Origin: Candidatus Wolfebacteria bacterium
GTDB lineage: Bacteria > Patescibacteriota > Minisyncoccia > UBA6257 > UBA9933
Assembly (NCBI GenBank): GCA_024654025.1
Contig: JANLIR010000002.1
Location: 21,885-85,884, forward strand
Direction: 5' to 3'
DNA: 64,000 nt
Each line of letters starts with the position of its first letter. The stretch's first letter is position 1. A model generated the notes under the pieces. The model was given only the letters and a program-made list of their open reading frames with translations. It made no database searches and was not told where the DNA came from. Made by a program: the position numbers and the translations under genes. Of the stretch, positions 28,715-39,360 are shown piece after piece.

Positions 28715-29659
28715 TTAAAGTTTTTTAGAAGCAACAACAAAAATATTGGAGGTTATTTCATTATCGCTTAATATTTTTCTGTATTCAGCGTCAAAATCTT
28801 TGAAAAGCGCGTTTAATTTATCGCCGATTTCCGAATGCTCCTTAGAAAATTCGATATTTGGCTTATCCAAACCGAAACGGCAATCTTCTTGAGGGCCGTT
28901 CATAAAATACCAATAAAAATGATTCAATAAATTATAGTCCTGGATAAAATGAATTTCGTCTATTTTATATCCGGTTTTTTCGAAAAGTTTTTCCAAACTT
29001 TTTTTGGAAAAATAGTGAGTATGCGCTTCGTGATAATAAAACCTTTGATAAGCCGGTATTTGCCACACTTTTAAAAGAGCGTCATACAAATTAGGGACCT
29101 CGATAAAAATTTTTCCTCCGTCTTTCAAATGCTTTTTAACATCAAATAAGAACTCCGCGGGATTTAATGTATGCTCTAATACTTGAAATGCGGCTATAAA
29201 ATCAAAGCTCTCTTTTTCGAAACCGCATTGGCTAAGCTCATTTTTACAAACCTTTATATTGAACTTATTTTCAACAAAATCAGCGCATTTGGAATCCAGC
29301 TCAACACCCTCGCATTTTTCGAAAGAATCTTTAATGTGCCGTAAAAATTGGCCGGCCGAACATCCAATTTCAAGAAATGATTTATTTTTATCAAAATATT
29401 TTTTAACGATATCGATACGGTCATCCTGATAATTTTTTCTCGAGTTAAAAATATCTTCGGGGTCGGATTCCGGTTTCTTTAAATGATCGGTAAATTTTTT
29501 TCTGTATTCGCTGTCGTAATATTCTTTTACGTTTAAATCACGCGGTTCCAAAACCCCCAAATCGCAATTCGGACAATAATAAACCCTGCCCTCCGTTCCC
29601 CCCCTTAGTGTTTGGGTTATTAAACTTAAATTGCCGTTGCCGCAAATTTTACATTCCAT
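28715..29659 (-). CDS. class I SAM-dependent methyltransferase with N-terminal Zn ribbon
   Basis: CKIC..CPNC, LEIGCSAG, FQVLEH, IEVPN. Confidence 0.88.
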   Translation of the reverse strand: MECKICGNGNLSLITQTLRGGTEGRVYYCPNCDLGVLEPRDLNVKEYYDSEYRKKFTDHLKKPESDPEDIFNSRKNYQDDRIDIVKKYFDKNKSFLEIGCSAGQFLRHIKDSFEKCEGVELDSKCADFVENKFNIKVCKNELSQCGFEKESFDFIAAFQVLEHTLNPAEFLFDVKKHLKDGGKIFIEVPNLYDALLKVWQIPAYQRFYYHEAHTHYFSKKSLEKLFEKTGYKIDEIHFIQDYNLLNHFYWYFMNGPQEDCRFGLDKPNIEFSKEHSEIGDKLNALFKDFDAEYRKILSDNEITSNIFVVASKKL

Positions 29660-29667
29660 TTTAAAAA

Positions 29668-30411
29668 TTACGCTTCTTTGGAAAAATTCGCTTTAAGATA
29701 ATCGTAAAGATTATTGCTTTTTTTAATGTCATATTCCAAATACTCAAAATCTTCCGGCCGATCAATCTCCACAATAATTGGAGTAATGAAACTCAAAATC
29801 CTCGGCCCAAAAACCATTTTACCTTCTTTAATAAAACCGCTTCTCACTATATCAACATAACCATTTGGGTGATACGCCTTGGGAAACATTTGACGCGGTA
29901 AATCATGATAATCAGACCGAGGATCATTCGGAAAAAACCCTTTAAAATATCCGTCTTCGCCAATTTGAAACATTTTTTGGGGCGGCTCTGCCAATTCATG
30001 AGCCGAGCGAAGAGATGTCGCCTGATCATCCGCTATAAAAATATCTATGGCTGAATCAATTAATTTTAAATCGCGAAAAGGCGTCGTCGGCCTTAAATAA
30101 ACCAATAAATCCGGAACTGCGCCTTCATTTTTTTCAAACCAATCAACAGCATGGCTTAACACGTCAAAATCCGTTGATTTATCTTGGGCAAATTCCGAAG
30201 GGCGCATGAACGGTACTTCAGCGCCATATTTTTTCGCAATTTCGGCGATTTCTTCGGAATCAGTCGAAACGATAGTCCTTTGGATATTTTTTGAAAGTTT
30301 GGAGGCAGCAATTGAATAAGCAATTAGCGGAAATCCGCCTAAAAGACGAACATTCTTTTTGGGGACGCCTTTTGATCCTCCTCTAGCCGGTATAATTGAG
30401 TAAATTTTCAT
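29668..30411 (-). CDS. neuA: CMP-nonulosonic acid synthetase
   Basis: IIPARGGSKGVPKKN, VSTDSEEI, LRPTTPFR, EID. Confidence 0.88.
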   Translation of the reverse strand: MKIYSIIPARGGSKGVPKKNVRLLGGFPLIAYSIAASKLSKNIQRTIVSTDSEEIAEIAKKYGAEVPFMRPSEFAQDKSTDFDVLSHAVDWFEKNEGAVPDLLVYLRPTTPFRDLKLIDSAIDIFIADDQATSLRSAHELAEPPQKMFQIGEDGYFKGFFPNDPRSDYHDLPRQMFPKAYHPNGYVDIVRSGFIKEGKMVFGPRILSFITPIIVEIDRPEDFEYLEYDIKKSNNLYDYLKANFSKEA

Positions 30412-30475
30412 AAGAATAAAATATTAGGATAGTAAAAACATAGCGAAAAATTCGTTCTTGGTCAAATACAATAAT

Positions 30476-30506
30476 AAAAACCGCGGTCACATCACTGTGG
30501 CCGCGG
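30476..30506 (-). terminator. intrinsic terminator after neuB
   Basis: CCGCGGTCACA/TGTGGCCGCGG stem followed by a T-run on the minus strand. Confidence 0.65.
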
Positions 30507-30547
30507 CACTTTTCAAAACCCGAACAAGGTCCAGATAACCGCTTAAA

Positions 30548-31453
30548 TCACCTACCTCCGACATAATACGGCAGCAGGGTTTCCTTTCGTCTCAGTTTTT
30601 TCGCGATGGGAATTTCGGTCTCGAGAATTTCTTTCGTGTGGTTCCCGAGATAAGTCGGAAGCGATCGTAGCTCTTTTGTCAGCTTTACAAGCCCGCCGAC
30701 TTCCAAGCTGGCAGCTTGATCGCTGCCCCACATCGCCCGGTCCAAAGTGATGTGCCTTTCGACAACTCGGGCGCCAAGCGTCGCGGCAACAAGAGACGCG
30801 TACGCACCCACTTCGTGCCCCGAATAACCGATAATCGCTCTGGGGAATTCATTGATCAGCCGCGGTATGTTGTTAAGATGAAGCTCCGAGTCCTTCGACG
30901 GATAAGTGGAAGTGCAGTGAAGAATCACGAGCCCGTCTTCACCCAGAGTGTCAACGATCTTTTCGATCATCTTGTCATCGCTCATGCCAGTAGAAACGAT
31001 TACCTGCCGACCCTTAGACTTTACGTACTCCAAAAGTTCCCGGTCGGTGTTGGTGGCAGAAGCGATTTTGTAGCACGGCGGGTTATATTGCTCCAGAAAA
31101 TCCACGCTTTGTTCATCCCACGGCGAGGCAAACCACATTATGCCTTTTTCCTCACAGTAACAGTGGATTTCATCGTATTCATCCTTACCGAACTCCAGAC
31201 CCCTTTTTAAATCACCGTTGGTCACGCCAAACGGATTTTCCCGAGGCCGCGCCAACTCTTCGGAAGTATATACCACTTCAATCGTCCGCTTCTGGAATTT
31301 CACTGCGTCACAACCCGCTTCAACAGCAGCATCGATAAGTTGTTTGGTAATATCAATGTCTCCGTTGTGGTTGATGCCGATTTCCGCGATAACGAATACG
31401 GGCTGGCCTTCGCCCACCAGTTTCGGCCCGATCTTGACTATTCTCATCCTCAT
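30548..31453 (-). CDS. neuB: nonulosonic acid (9-phosphate) synthase, short form lacking the SAF domain
   Basis: IAEIGINHNGD, AVKFQKR, YKIAS, LHCTSTYP, GYSGHE, VERHITLDR. Confidence 0.9.
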   Translation of the reverse strand: MRMRIVKIGPKLVGEGQPVFVIAEIGINHNGDIDITKQLIDAAVEAGCDAVKFQKRTIEVVYTSEELARPRENPFGVTNGDLKRGLEFGKDEYDEIHCYCEEKGIMWFASPWDEQSVDFLEQYNPPCYKIASATNTDRELLEYVKSKGRQVIVSTGMSDDKMIEKIVDTLGEDGLVILHCTSTYPSKDSELHLNNIPRLINEFPRAIIGYSGHEVGAYASLVAATLGARVVERHITLDRAMWGSDQAASLEVGGLVKLTKELRSLPTYLGNHTKEILETEIPIAKKLRRKETLLPYYVGGR

Positions 31454-31581
31454 CCCCTTTCCTTATGTTTTTTTTAAAATCTTGGTAGATTTGCTGGCAT
31501 CACTATAAAGATAAAAAGACAGTTAGTCAATAACGCCTAGAATTACCAAGCACTACGGCTCCACCCTTAATAATAGGTCTT

Positions 31582-31619
31582 AAAAAAAACCCCGTTGCAG
31601 TACCACACAAGCAACGGGG
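31582..31619 (-). terminator. intrinsic terminator after radical SAM gene
   Basis: CCCCGTTGC/GCAACGGGG stem plus T8 on the minus strand. Confidence 0.65.
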
Positions 31620-31650
31620 GCTTAACCCAAACCGTACGCAGGAGATTTTT

Positions 31651-33045
31651 TTAGACATCTCTAAATCCCCTGAAATTCACGTTTTTCTCCAGATACAACC
31701 GCGCAGCTGCCTCAATATGCCGCTCGGACTGATCGATATGAAATTTCTCGATCAGCTTTTTATTTACCTCAAACAATAATCTGTGCACCTTATCATCACT
31801 CATATCGGTAAAATTGACGGCCAGCAGATCGGAGTTTAAGTGTTTTCTTTCGTAAAAATCTTCCGGACCATCAAGAAGACCTTTTTCTATGGCGTAGTAA
31901 TACAACGGCGAACCAGGATACGGAGTAACCGGCCGGATAGTCCGAAGTTGAGAATGATCGTCATATTTCAACAAAAACTCCAATCCCATTCTCAACGACT
32001 GAGCCGTCTCGCCAATATTACCGAAAATAATATTGAATCCCGGGCTAATTCCCACCATAAGCGTATTTCTGATTCCGCTTTCAATCTGCTTTACCGTCAA
32101 CGCCTTATTCATTCTTTTCAGAGCCGCTTCGTCCATTGATTCAATGCCATAATTGATGAAAACACAGCCGGACTTTTTCATCAGCCGTAAAACATCCGGC
32201 TTAGCGTAATTGAGCCTGCCATTGCATTCCCAGTTTATTTTCAAATTCGCATCCAAAAAAACCTGGCACAACTCTTTTACACGCTGCTCTGAATTCATCA
32301 ACAATTCATCATAAAAGGCGAAATAATCTATCTGGTAGCAATCTTGAAGGGTTTTTATCTCCTCAACGATACTTCGCGAACTTCGAATCCTGAGCCCTTG
32401 GTCCATTCGATAACAAAAGTTGCATTTGAATTTACAGCCCCTTCCAGAAAGCATTATCATGCACCGCTGAGAATTCAAAATATTGGGCATTCTTGCCAGT
32501 GCGTAATGCTCCATAGGAAAAAGATCCCAGGCTGGAAACGGAATCCGATTAATATCCGCAATCAGTTCCCGCCTCTTGTTTTGGACGAACTGCCCGTTGT
32601 CGCAATCAAAAAAAGCAATGCCGCTAATATCCTTGAAGCTTCTGGAAGTTTCCAAAACGCTCAATAATTCCACAAAGGTTTCCTCGCCTTCGCCGATAAC
32701 CACCGCGTCAGCTCCGGTTTTTTTCAAAAAATATTCCGGTTCAGGAGAAGGGCCATGACCACCGATAACAAAAAACGGCCTGTTTTTGGAGTTATTTATC
32801 GCAACCGAAATCTTTAACAATTTCCGGTATTGATAATATCCCCCGATTACGCCGACGCCGATTACATCCCAGGCTTCGTTGTTCAAAAAATTAGTCAGGT
32901 GCTCTTCGGGCCAGTGATAAACGTCCTGATTGTAAATCCTTACCTCGTGTCCGGCCAAGCGGCAAGCTGACGCAAGATACGCCAACCCAAGCGGAAAAAA
33001 AGAAATGTGCGAATCATTGTCGTAAGCGACCAAAAGAACCTTCAT
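31651..33045 (-). CDS. B12-binding radical SAM enzyme
   Basis: FPLGLAYLA, IGGHGPS, GEGE, GRGCKFKCNFC; start MKVLL at 33045 after SD AAGGGGG. Confidence 0.9.
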   Translation of the reverse strand: MKVLLVAYDNDSHISFFPLGLAYLASACRLAGHEVRIYNQDVYHWPEEHLTNFLNNEAWDVIGVGVIGGYYQYRKLLKISVAINNSKNRPFFVIGGHGPSPEPEYFLKKTGADAVVIGEGEETFVELLSVLETSRSFKDISGIAFFDCDNGQFVQNKRRELIADINRIPFPAWDLFPMEHYALARMPNILNSQRCMIMLSGRGCKFKCNFCYRMDQGLRIRSSRSIVEEIKTLQDCYQIDYFAFYDELLMNSEQRVKELCQVFLDANLKINWECNGRLNYAKPDVLRLMKKSGCVFINYGIESMDEAALKRMNKALTVKQIESGIRNTLMVGISPGFNIIFGNIGETAQSLRMGLEFLLKYDDHSQLRTIRPVTPYPGSPLYYYAIEKGLLDGPEDFYERKHLNSDLLAVNFTDMSDDKVHRLLFEVNKKLIEKFHIDQSERHIEAAARLYLEKNVNFRGFRDV

Positions 33046-33138
33046 CGTATCCCCCTTTAATCCATTTTTTATTTTTAAGCTTCCGCTATGAGTTTTATCC
33101 AAAAACCGCAAAGTGTCAATAAACCAAAAATTCAAAAA

Positions 33139-33978
33139 TTACCAAGCGCTCCGGCCGCCTTCAATAACAAGCGTTGCTCCGGTCATATATGAAGAGGCAT
33201 CTGAAACAAGAAACAAAACAGCGGCGTTATATTCGTTTTGATCAGCCATTCTTCCCATAGGAATAAGATTAGAAAGTTTCTGCAAAAACTCTTCGTTATG
33301 ATCTCTATACACTCCGCCCGGGGCAATAGCGTTTACCCTGACTCCATTTTTCGCCCAATAGGTCGCTAGATACTTCGTAAGCCCAATAAAAGCATGCTTC
33401 TCAACGGAATAAGTCACCGGCTTTACCGGCTGTTCAAATTCAGGCACTCCCTCTTTCTTGTAAATCCGCTGATCCGGAGCGATAATTCCCAAATCGGAAG
33501 CGATATTTAAAATAACTCCTTTGTTTTGAGACGCCATATAACTACCAAACACCTGACTGCATAAAAAAGCTCCTTTAAGCCCGACATTAAGCGCTTCATC
33601 CCATTCTGTTTCGCTAAAATTTTCAAAACGAGAGGAAATGTCTTTTTCTTTTCCTTGTATTGTGGGGTTCGGATTATGCGAAGCGCAATTTATCAGTACG
33701 TCAATTCGGTTGTATTGTTTTAAAATCAATTCTTTAGCTTTCTCCAGTTCATCTTTATTCGCTATATCAACTTTTAATCCCATCACTTCAACTTTGTATT
33801 TTTCTTTAAAACTGGTCACTAAAGATTTTAATTTTTCTTCATCAACGTCAAAAAGGACAGGAATGCCTTTCGCGTCTAATATCGCTTGCGCAAACCGGCT
33901 TCCCAAAAATCCCGCGCCGCCGGTAATAATACATATTCTGCCGTCAATTAAAAATTTTTGAAGCGTATTTTCATCCAT
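33139..33978 (-). CDS. SDR oxidoreductase (PtmA-like, nonulosonate associated)
   Basis: TGGAGFLG, YSVEK, LTKYLATYW, VRVNAIAPGG. Confidence 0.85.
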   Translation of the reverse strand: MDENTLQKFLIDGRICIITGGAGFLGSRFAQAILDAKGIPVLFDVDEEKLKSLVTSFKEKYKVEVMGLKVDIANKDELEKAKELILKQYNRIDVLINCASHNPNPTIQGKEKDISSRFENFSETEWDEALNVGLKGAFLCSQVFGSYMASQNKGVILNIASDLGIIAPDQRIYKKEGVPEFEQPVKPVTYSVEKHAFIGLTKYLATYWAKNGVRVNAIAPGGVYRDHNEEFLQKLSNLIPMGRMADQNEYNAAVLFLVSDASSYMTGATLVIEGGRSAW

Positions 33979-33988
33979 AATTTATATT

Positions 33989-34933
33989 TTATAATTTAGG
34001 CCAAAGCGCCGGATCAACTTGCTTCGGATCATCAATGGCTAATTTTTGTAAAGCGCTTATAGTATCTTCGCTAAGCGGCCCCGCCGAAATCGCGCTAATC
34101 ATGGATTTTAAATGTTCCTTTCGATTAGTACCGACTAAAACACTAGTAACTGATTCGTTTGAAATAGCAAAACGAATAGCGAGCGTAGGCAAATCCATGC
34201 CCGCTTCCTTCGCGATATTATCAGCTTTATCCGCATTTAGTTTTAAAGACGCTAACTCGTCCGGAAGCTTCGCCCTAAGAGGCGTTAAAGATCCCTTAAG
34301 AAGAACAGAACGGTTAACAACCCCTACATTACTTTTTTTTGCGTATGGCAAAACTTCTTTTGCCATACGCTGGTCTAAAATACTATATGCCACTTGAATT
34401 ACATCAAAAAATCCGCTTTCAATGGCCGCAAGAGCATTATCTTCGCCACGCAAAGAAATCCCGAAATTTTTTACCTTTCCTTCACTTCTAATCTTACTTA
34501 AAATATCCGTTACCTCGCCTTTTTCAATATCAACACGCGTTCCCCCATGAAGATAAAGCAATGGCAAGACATCAAGTTGAAGTTTTTTCAAACTTGTTTC
34601 AACTTCATCACGGACGCGAAGTTCCATCTCATCGTACGGAAGTTTTTCTCCTTTTTCCAAAAATTGAGCGCATTTCGTTCCCACAAGAATATCCGGGTTT
34701 TTCAAAATTCCCGACCTGCCAATTCGCTCCTCTGAAAGAGCGTAAACATGAGCGGTATCAAAATAAGTGACGCCCATATCAGCCGCGGCTTTAAGCAAAT
34801 AATCCGCTTCGTCGTCAGAAGGCAAATGACGTTCTCCTATGCCGTATGCAAAACCGATTTCGGCAGTGCCCAAACCAATAAGAGACACTTCCTTTTCGGT
34901 ACGACCTAGTAACCGTGATAAAATCTTATCCAT
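33989..34933 (-). CDS. aldo/keto reductase
   Basis: IGLGT, FDTAHVY..SEERIG, SLKKL..D..LLYLH. Confidence 0.88.
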   Translation of the reverse strand: MDKILSRLLGRTEKEVSLIGLGTAEIGFAYGIGERHLPSDDEADYLLKAAADMGVTYFDTAHVYALSEERIGRSGILKNPDILVGTKCAQFLEKGEKLPYDEMELRVRDEVETSLKKLQLDVLPLLYLHGGTRVDIEKGEVTDILSKIRSEGKVKNFGISLRGEDNALAAIESGFFDVIQVAYSILDQRMAKEVLPYAKKSNVGVVNRSVLLKGSLTPLRAKLPDELASLKLNADKADNIAKEAGMDLPTLAIRFAISNESVTSVLVGTNRKEHLKSMISAISAGPLSEDTISALQKLAIDDPKQVDPALWPKL

Positions 34934-35423
34934 TATTTAAAATATTATCAGCCCTGTCTTTTAATATCAAATCACAAATTTCTCTAACAGCGTGGTCGCC
35001 TCCTTTTCTTGTAGTTACATAATGCGCTATTTTTTTACACTCCTCGTCTCCGTCTGCAACTGTAAAGGCGGTGCCAACAAATTTTAAACATTCAAGGTCA
35101 TTTATATCGTCTCCCATAAACGCCGTTTCTTCGACTAAAATATTTTCTCGCTCGATAAGTTGCTTTAAAATATCTATTTTTTTATCAGCGCTCTGAAAAC
35201 ATTCTATTTCCATCTTTTCGCATCTTTTTTTAACAATCAAATTCTTTTCTTTAGAAATGACGGCTAGTTTTATCCCGGCATTCTTTAACTCCGAGAAGCG
35301 CAAAGTATCCTTCCGGCTGCAAATAACGCTTTCAGTTCCGTTTTGATCTGTTAATACTTTGCCGTCGGTAAAAACGCCGTCGAAATCGAAAACTATCAAT
35401 TTGATTTTAGAAAAATCTTTCAT
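34926..35423 (-). CDS. KdsC-like HAD phosphatase
   Basis: VFDFDGVFTD, FMGDDIND, KGGDHAVREICD. Confidence 0.88.
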   Translation of the reverse strand: MKDFSKIKLIVFDFDGVFTDGKVLTDQNGTESVICSRKDTLRFSELKNAGIKLAVISKEKNLIVKKRCEKMEIECFQSADKKIDILKQLIERENILVEETAFMGDDINDLECLKFVGTAFTVADGDEECKKIAHYVTTRKGGDHAVREICDLILKDRADNILNNG

Positions 35424-35437
35424 TTTTAAATCTTTAA

Positions 35438-36700
35438 TTAATTTCCCGCGGACGAAAGTATCGCCTCCGTGATAACCATAACCGCCTCACGAATGGCTTC
35501 AGCGGTTATAGTTAAAGGAGGGGCTATTTTTATAGATTTTTTAAAAGTACAAACCGGCAGAACTCCGTTATAAATGCATTTTTTAACAATCTCCGTAGCA
35601 ATGTCGGCATTTTCAAAAATTATACCCGCAATCAGCCCCTTCACGTTTACAAGCTTAACCAAACTTAAATCTGCAAGATTGCCGATTTCCTTCTCAAAAA
35701 TTTGAATCGTTTCTTGACGTTTTACGCTTTGCTCTTCGGAACTTAAAAACTCTAAATTTGCCAATCCCGCCGCGCAACAAATTGGATTCCCGGAATGAGT
35801 TCCGTGCAAATCAGTATTTTCGTCAACATCAGCCAATTCTTTTCTCATTAAAACCGCTGAAATAGGCAGGGACGAAGATATGCCCTTACCTACACAAATC
35901 AAATCCGGCTCTAAATCGCCGTAAGTCATATATCCGTATACAGGCCCCATCCGATAAAATCCGGATTGCATTTCGTCAAAACAAACCAAAGCTCCGGCTT
36001 CTTTAGCAAATTTATACAAGTCGCCTATAAATTTTTCTGGATAAAACCAAGCTCCCCATCCTTGGAATGTCTCAAGAAAAAAAGCGGCAATCTGATCCTT
36101 TGGGGGCAACTTACTTTCGTCAAACTGAACAAAATCTTCATAAGGAAAGTCCAAAAAATAAACATCGTCGTCAGACACATTAGCCCATTGAGCGTTACTT
36201 TTATTTACTCCTATTAAATCATTACTCAAACCTCTTCCATGATAACTACCCGTAAAAGTGATTATATATTTTTTATTATTTTTTTTAGCCCATAGTTTTA
36301 TCAGTTTATACGCGCCATCAACAGCTTCGGACCCGGAATTTAATAGAACAACCTTGCTGAAATATTTTGGAGATATTTCCAATAGCTTAGAAATAAATTT
36401 ATATTTTATAGCTGTCGGATAATTGTAAGAGAACATCAAATCCGAATCTAACTGCTTTTTTATGGCTTCTTTTATAAAAGGGTTGGAGTGGCCGGCGTTG
36501 GCGACAAAAATACCGGAAGTTAAATCTATCCATTTGTTTCCCTGCTCGTCATAAACTGAAAAATCAATCGCTTTATCCCAAGTTAAAGAAATAGGATTGA
36601 CCGCCGGAATCGGCTCCAGTTCGGATATTTTTTCATATAATTCATTATTTTCCAGTGAAAAATCTTTTCGTATCTGCCTATATTTTGTATTAATTTTCAT
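35438..36700 (-). CDS. class III PLP-dependent aminotransferase
   Basis: NSGSEAVD, SYHGR, FDEMQSGF, PDLICVGKG. Confidence 0.88.
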   Translation of the reverse strand: MKINTKYRQIRKDFSLENNELYEKISELEPIPAVNPISLTWDKAIDFSVYDEQGNKWIDLTSGIFVANAGHSNPFIKEAIKKQLDSDLMFSYNYPTAIKYKFISKLLEISPKYFSKVVLLNSGSEAVDGAYKLIKLWAKKNNKKYIITFTGSYHGRGLSNDLIGVNKSNAQWANVSDDDVYFLDFPYEDFVQFDESKLPPKDQIAAFFLETFQGWGAWFYPEKFIGDLYKFAKEAGALVCFDEMQSGFYRMGPVYGYMTYGDLEPDLICVGKGISSSLPISAVLMRKELADVDENTDLHGTHSGNPICCAAGLANLEFLSSEEQSVKRQETIQIFEKEIGNLADLSLVKLVNVKGLIAGIIFENADIATEIVKKCIYNGVLPVCTFKKSIKIAPPLTITAEAIREAVMVITEAILSSAGN

Positions 36701-37547
36701 ATAAATTTATGCCGAATTCATTAAATTTATTTTTAATCCATTCCAATTGCCTTTTAAAAATTTCTATCCCTTCGTCATCGCGATAAGCCTGTATGGTAAA
36801 AAACCCACTATAACCAATTTTAGAAAGTCCGGTAAAAATTTTATCAAATTGCGTGTCTCCTGTTCCTAATTCTACAGAACCAGAACCAATTTTCCTATCT
36901 TTTATGTGAATATTACTGATTTTATTGCCATAAGCCACAAATTCTTTTTGCGGGTCATACCCCAAAAAAGCGCTGTTTCCAGTATCATAATTTACCGTGA
37001 CCCGTCTGGAATTAAAATTATTGAGCAATTGAGTAAAAGGCTCGGGAGCGAGATCCGTTTCCAAAGAAAGATTGACTTCACTTTTTTCCAGAAAATCTAT
37101 TATCAGCTTAACATTTTCTGAAAACTGTTTAATATCTTCCGAGCCTAAAATCGCTGTTTTTTCAAGGCAAGGAAAAACAATGTTAGATACGCCCATTTTA
37201 GAAGCGTTGGCTATCAGCTTTTTTAAAACTTCAAGATTTTGCTTAATGTCGCCGTCCGTAACATTGTGGATTGGCGCTTCCATAAAATAATCGGCGCAGA
37301 TATTTTTTACCAAAACCCCCGTTTTATCGCTCAATTCAATGATTTCTTTAAGGCCTTCGTCAGTCATAAGAGGATTATTTTGAAAATTTTCATAATCAAA
37401 TAAAAATTCTATTGAGCCCAAGCCCAATTCTTTCGCTATTAGGAATTCATCCTGCCAATACTCGGCTGGATGGGCTTGATAACGCCCTTTGTGTTTTGGG
37501 AGCAATCTGCCTTGCATAACCCCTATTCTATTAACCGATTTATTCAT
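36690..37547 (-). CDS. sugar phosphate isomerase/epimerase (xylose-isomerase-like TIM barrel)
   Basis: GVMQGRL, LETD, VNYDTGNS, IHIKDR. Confidence 0.82.
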   Translation of the reverse strand: MNKSVNRIGVMQGRLLPKHKGRYQAHPAEYWQDEFLIAKELGLGSIEFLFDYENFQNNPLMTDEGLKEIIELSDKTGVLVKNICADYFMEAPIHNVTDGDIKQNLEVLKKLIANASKMGVSNIVFPCLEKTAILGSEDIKQFSENVKLIIDFLEKSEVNLSLETDLAPEPFTQLLNNFNSRRVTVNYDTGNSAFLGYDPQKEFVAYGNKISNIHIKDRKIGSGSVELGTGDTQFDKIFTGLSKIGYSGFFTIQAYRDDEGIEIFKRQLEWIKNKFNEFGINLYEN

Positions 37548-38281
37548 AAATCATTTTTAAACATGATAACAGCTTTTTCGTATCTTTCGGGTGTCCCTAT
37601 GTCTATAAACCTTCCGCTGCCTTTAAATCCATAACAATTAAGCTCCAAAACTTTCGGAATTAAATCATGCTCAAGGGAAAAAGAATCAGCCTTAGGCATA
37701 TTTTTAAAAATATCTTTTTTAACAAGATAAATTCCCGCATTCACCAAGCCCTTCTCCTTTTTTTGATTTTTTCCTTTAAAACGGCTGATTTTATTATTAT
37801 TGTCCAACTCGACACTTCCGTAATCAGAAACATCGTCAACTTCTGTCAACGCAATCGAAAGCAAAGAATCATTTTTTAAATGCATGTCGAAAAAATCGAA
37901 AAAATCGATATCAAAAAAAGAGTCCCCATTCATCACCATAAAATGATCGCCAGATATTAAAAATTCGGTGTTTTTAATCGCACCCCCAGTGCCCAAAGGA
38001 GCGCTTTCCTCAGAGAATAAAATTTCGGCGTTTTCGTAATTTTCATAACGATTAATTATCTGATCTTTTAAATATCCAACGCTTAAAATTATTCGCTTAA
38101 ATCCCTTTGATAAAAGATTATCAATTATAATATCCAAAAACGCCTTATTATCCCCCATAGGAGCCAGCACTTTCGGACGGTCGTTTATAACGCTTTTCAA
38201 TCTCTCCCCTTTCCCGCCGCAAAGAATAACAACATCAATATCCTTTAAATTCTTATGGGTGAAAGGTTTCTGTTGGCGCAT
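37544..38281 (-). CDS. heptose-1-phosphate guanylyltransferase (HddC-like)
   Basis: LCGGKGERL..PK, PLGTGGAI, MNGDS, FIDIGTPE. Confidence 0.85.
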   Translation of the reverse strand: MRQQKPFTHKNLKDIDVVILCGGKGERLKSVINDRPKVLAPMGDNKAFLDIIIDNLLSKGFKRIILSVGYLKDQIINRYENYENAEILFSEESAPLGTGGAIKNTEFLISGDHFMVMNGDSFFDIDFFDFFDMHLKNDSLLSIALTEVDDVSDYGSVELDNNNKISRFKGKNQKKEKGLVNAGIYLVKKDIFKNMPKADSFSLEHDLIPKVLELNCYGFKGSGRFIDIGTPERYEKAVIMFKNDL

Positions 38282-39257
38282 AATAAATTATTTGACTCCC
38301 AACGTTTTCAAATTTGAAAGGAACGTGGAGTAAATTTTTTAGTTTTTCTTTCACTTTTAGCTGCAGTTCCGGCTCGACAAAAAGCAGCATAAAACCGCCG
38401 CCTCCAGCTCCCAAAAGCTTTCCTCCGATAGCGCCCGCCTCTTGTCCAGCTGTATAAATCTCATCTATTACGGGATTAGTAATTTGAGAAGATAAAGATT
38501 TTTTAATTTTCCACCCTTCATGTAAAAGCTTGCCAAAATCTTCTAAATTATCGTTTCCGCTTAATATATTTATTCCTTCATCAACCATCTGCATCATAGC
38601 TCTAATTTCTGAAGTTTTATTATGAGTGTTTTTTATCTGTTCAGCCGCGATATCAGAAGCATTTCTTGATAAGCCGGTGAAAAAAAGCATTAAATGATCT
38701 TGAAATAAGCGCCACTTATTAAAATCCAAGGATATTGGTTTAACTGTTATTTTTTGAAGGCCGCCGAATTCAATTTTATTAAAACCGCCAAATGCCGCTA
38801 TTGTTTGATCCTGACAACCGACATTTTCTTTAATTCTCTCTTGTTCTATATGAATCGCGTCCAACGCCAATTGTCTTTTTGTTATCATTCTTCCCTTTAA
38901 TGCATTTAAAGCATGTAGTAGTCCAACCGTAAAAGTAGAGCTGGAACCAAGGCCGGAACGGGCGGGCAAATCCGCATCATGATGAATTTCAATTCCATCG
39001 TTTATGTCAAGGAACTTTAAAGTTTCCCTTACCGAGGGATGTTGAATTTCATCAACGCCTTTTACATTTTCCAATTTTGACCATATTATTCGGCTTTTAT
39101 GTTCAAAAAAGGGAGGTAAATATCTACAAGTAATGTAACAATATTTATTTATTGTTGTGGCGAGTACAGCGCCTCCGTTGTTATTTTCATACCAAACAGG
39201 ATAATCGCTTCCTCCCCCAAAAAAAGAGATTCTAAAAGGCGTTCTTGTGATAACCAT
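38253..39257 (-). CDS. GHMP kinase (HddA-like), second copy
   Basis: RTPFRISFFGGGSD, SGLGSSS, GCQDQ, GGKLLGAGGGGF. Confidence 0.88.
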   Translation of the reverse strand: MVITRTPFRISFFGGGSDYPVWYENNNGGAVLATTINKYCYITCRYLPPFFEHKSRIIWSKLENVKGVDEIQHPSVRETLKFLDINDGIEIHHDADLPARSGLGSSSTFTVGLLHALNALKGRMITKRQLALDAIHIEQERIKENVGCQDQTIAAFGGFNKIEFGGLQKITVKPISLDFNKWRLFQDHLMLFFTGLSRNASDIAAEQIKNTHNKTSEIRAMMQMVDEGINILSGNDNLEDFGKLLHEGWKIKKSLSSQITNPVIDEIYTAGQEAGAIGGKLLGAGGGGFMLLFVEPELQLKVKEKLKNLLHVPFKFENVGSQIIYYAPTETFHP

Positions 39258-39306
39258 AAATTTTATTTACATAAGCAATATAACGCAATAGGAATAAAAA
39301 TCAAAT

Positions 39307-39337
39307 AAAAATGGCGGTCGGGTTTCCCCGTCCGCCA
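39307..39337 (-). terminator. intrinsic terminator after second radical SAM gene
   Basis: TGGCGGTCGGG/CCCGTCCGCCA stem plus T-run on the minus strand. Confidence 0.6.
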
Positions 39338-39360
39338 AGCGATAAATTCTGATACGCTAT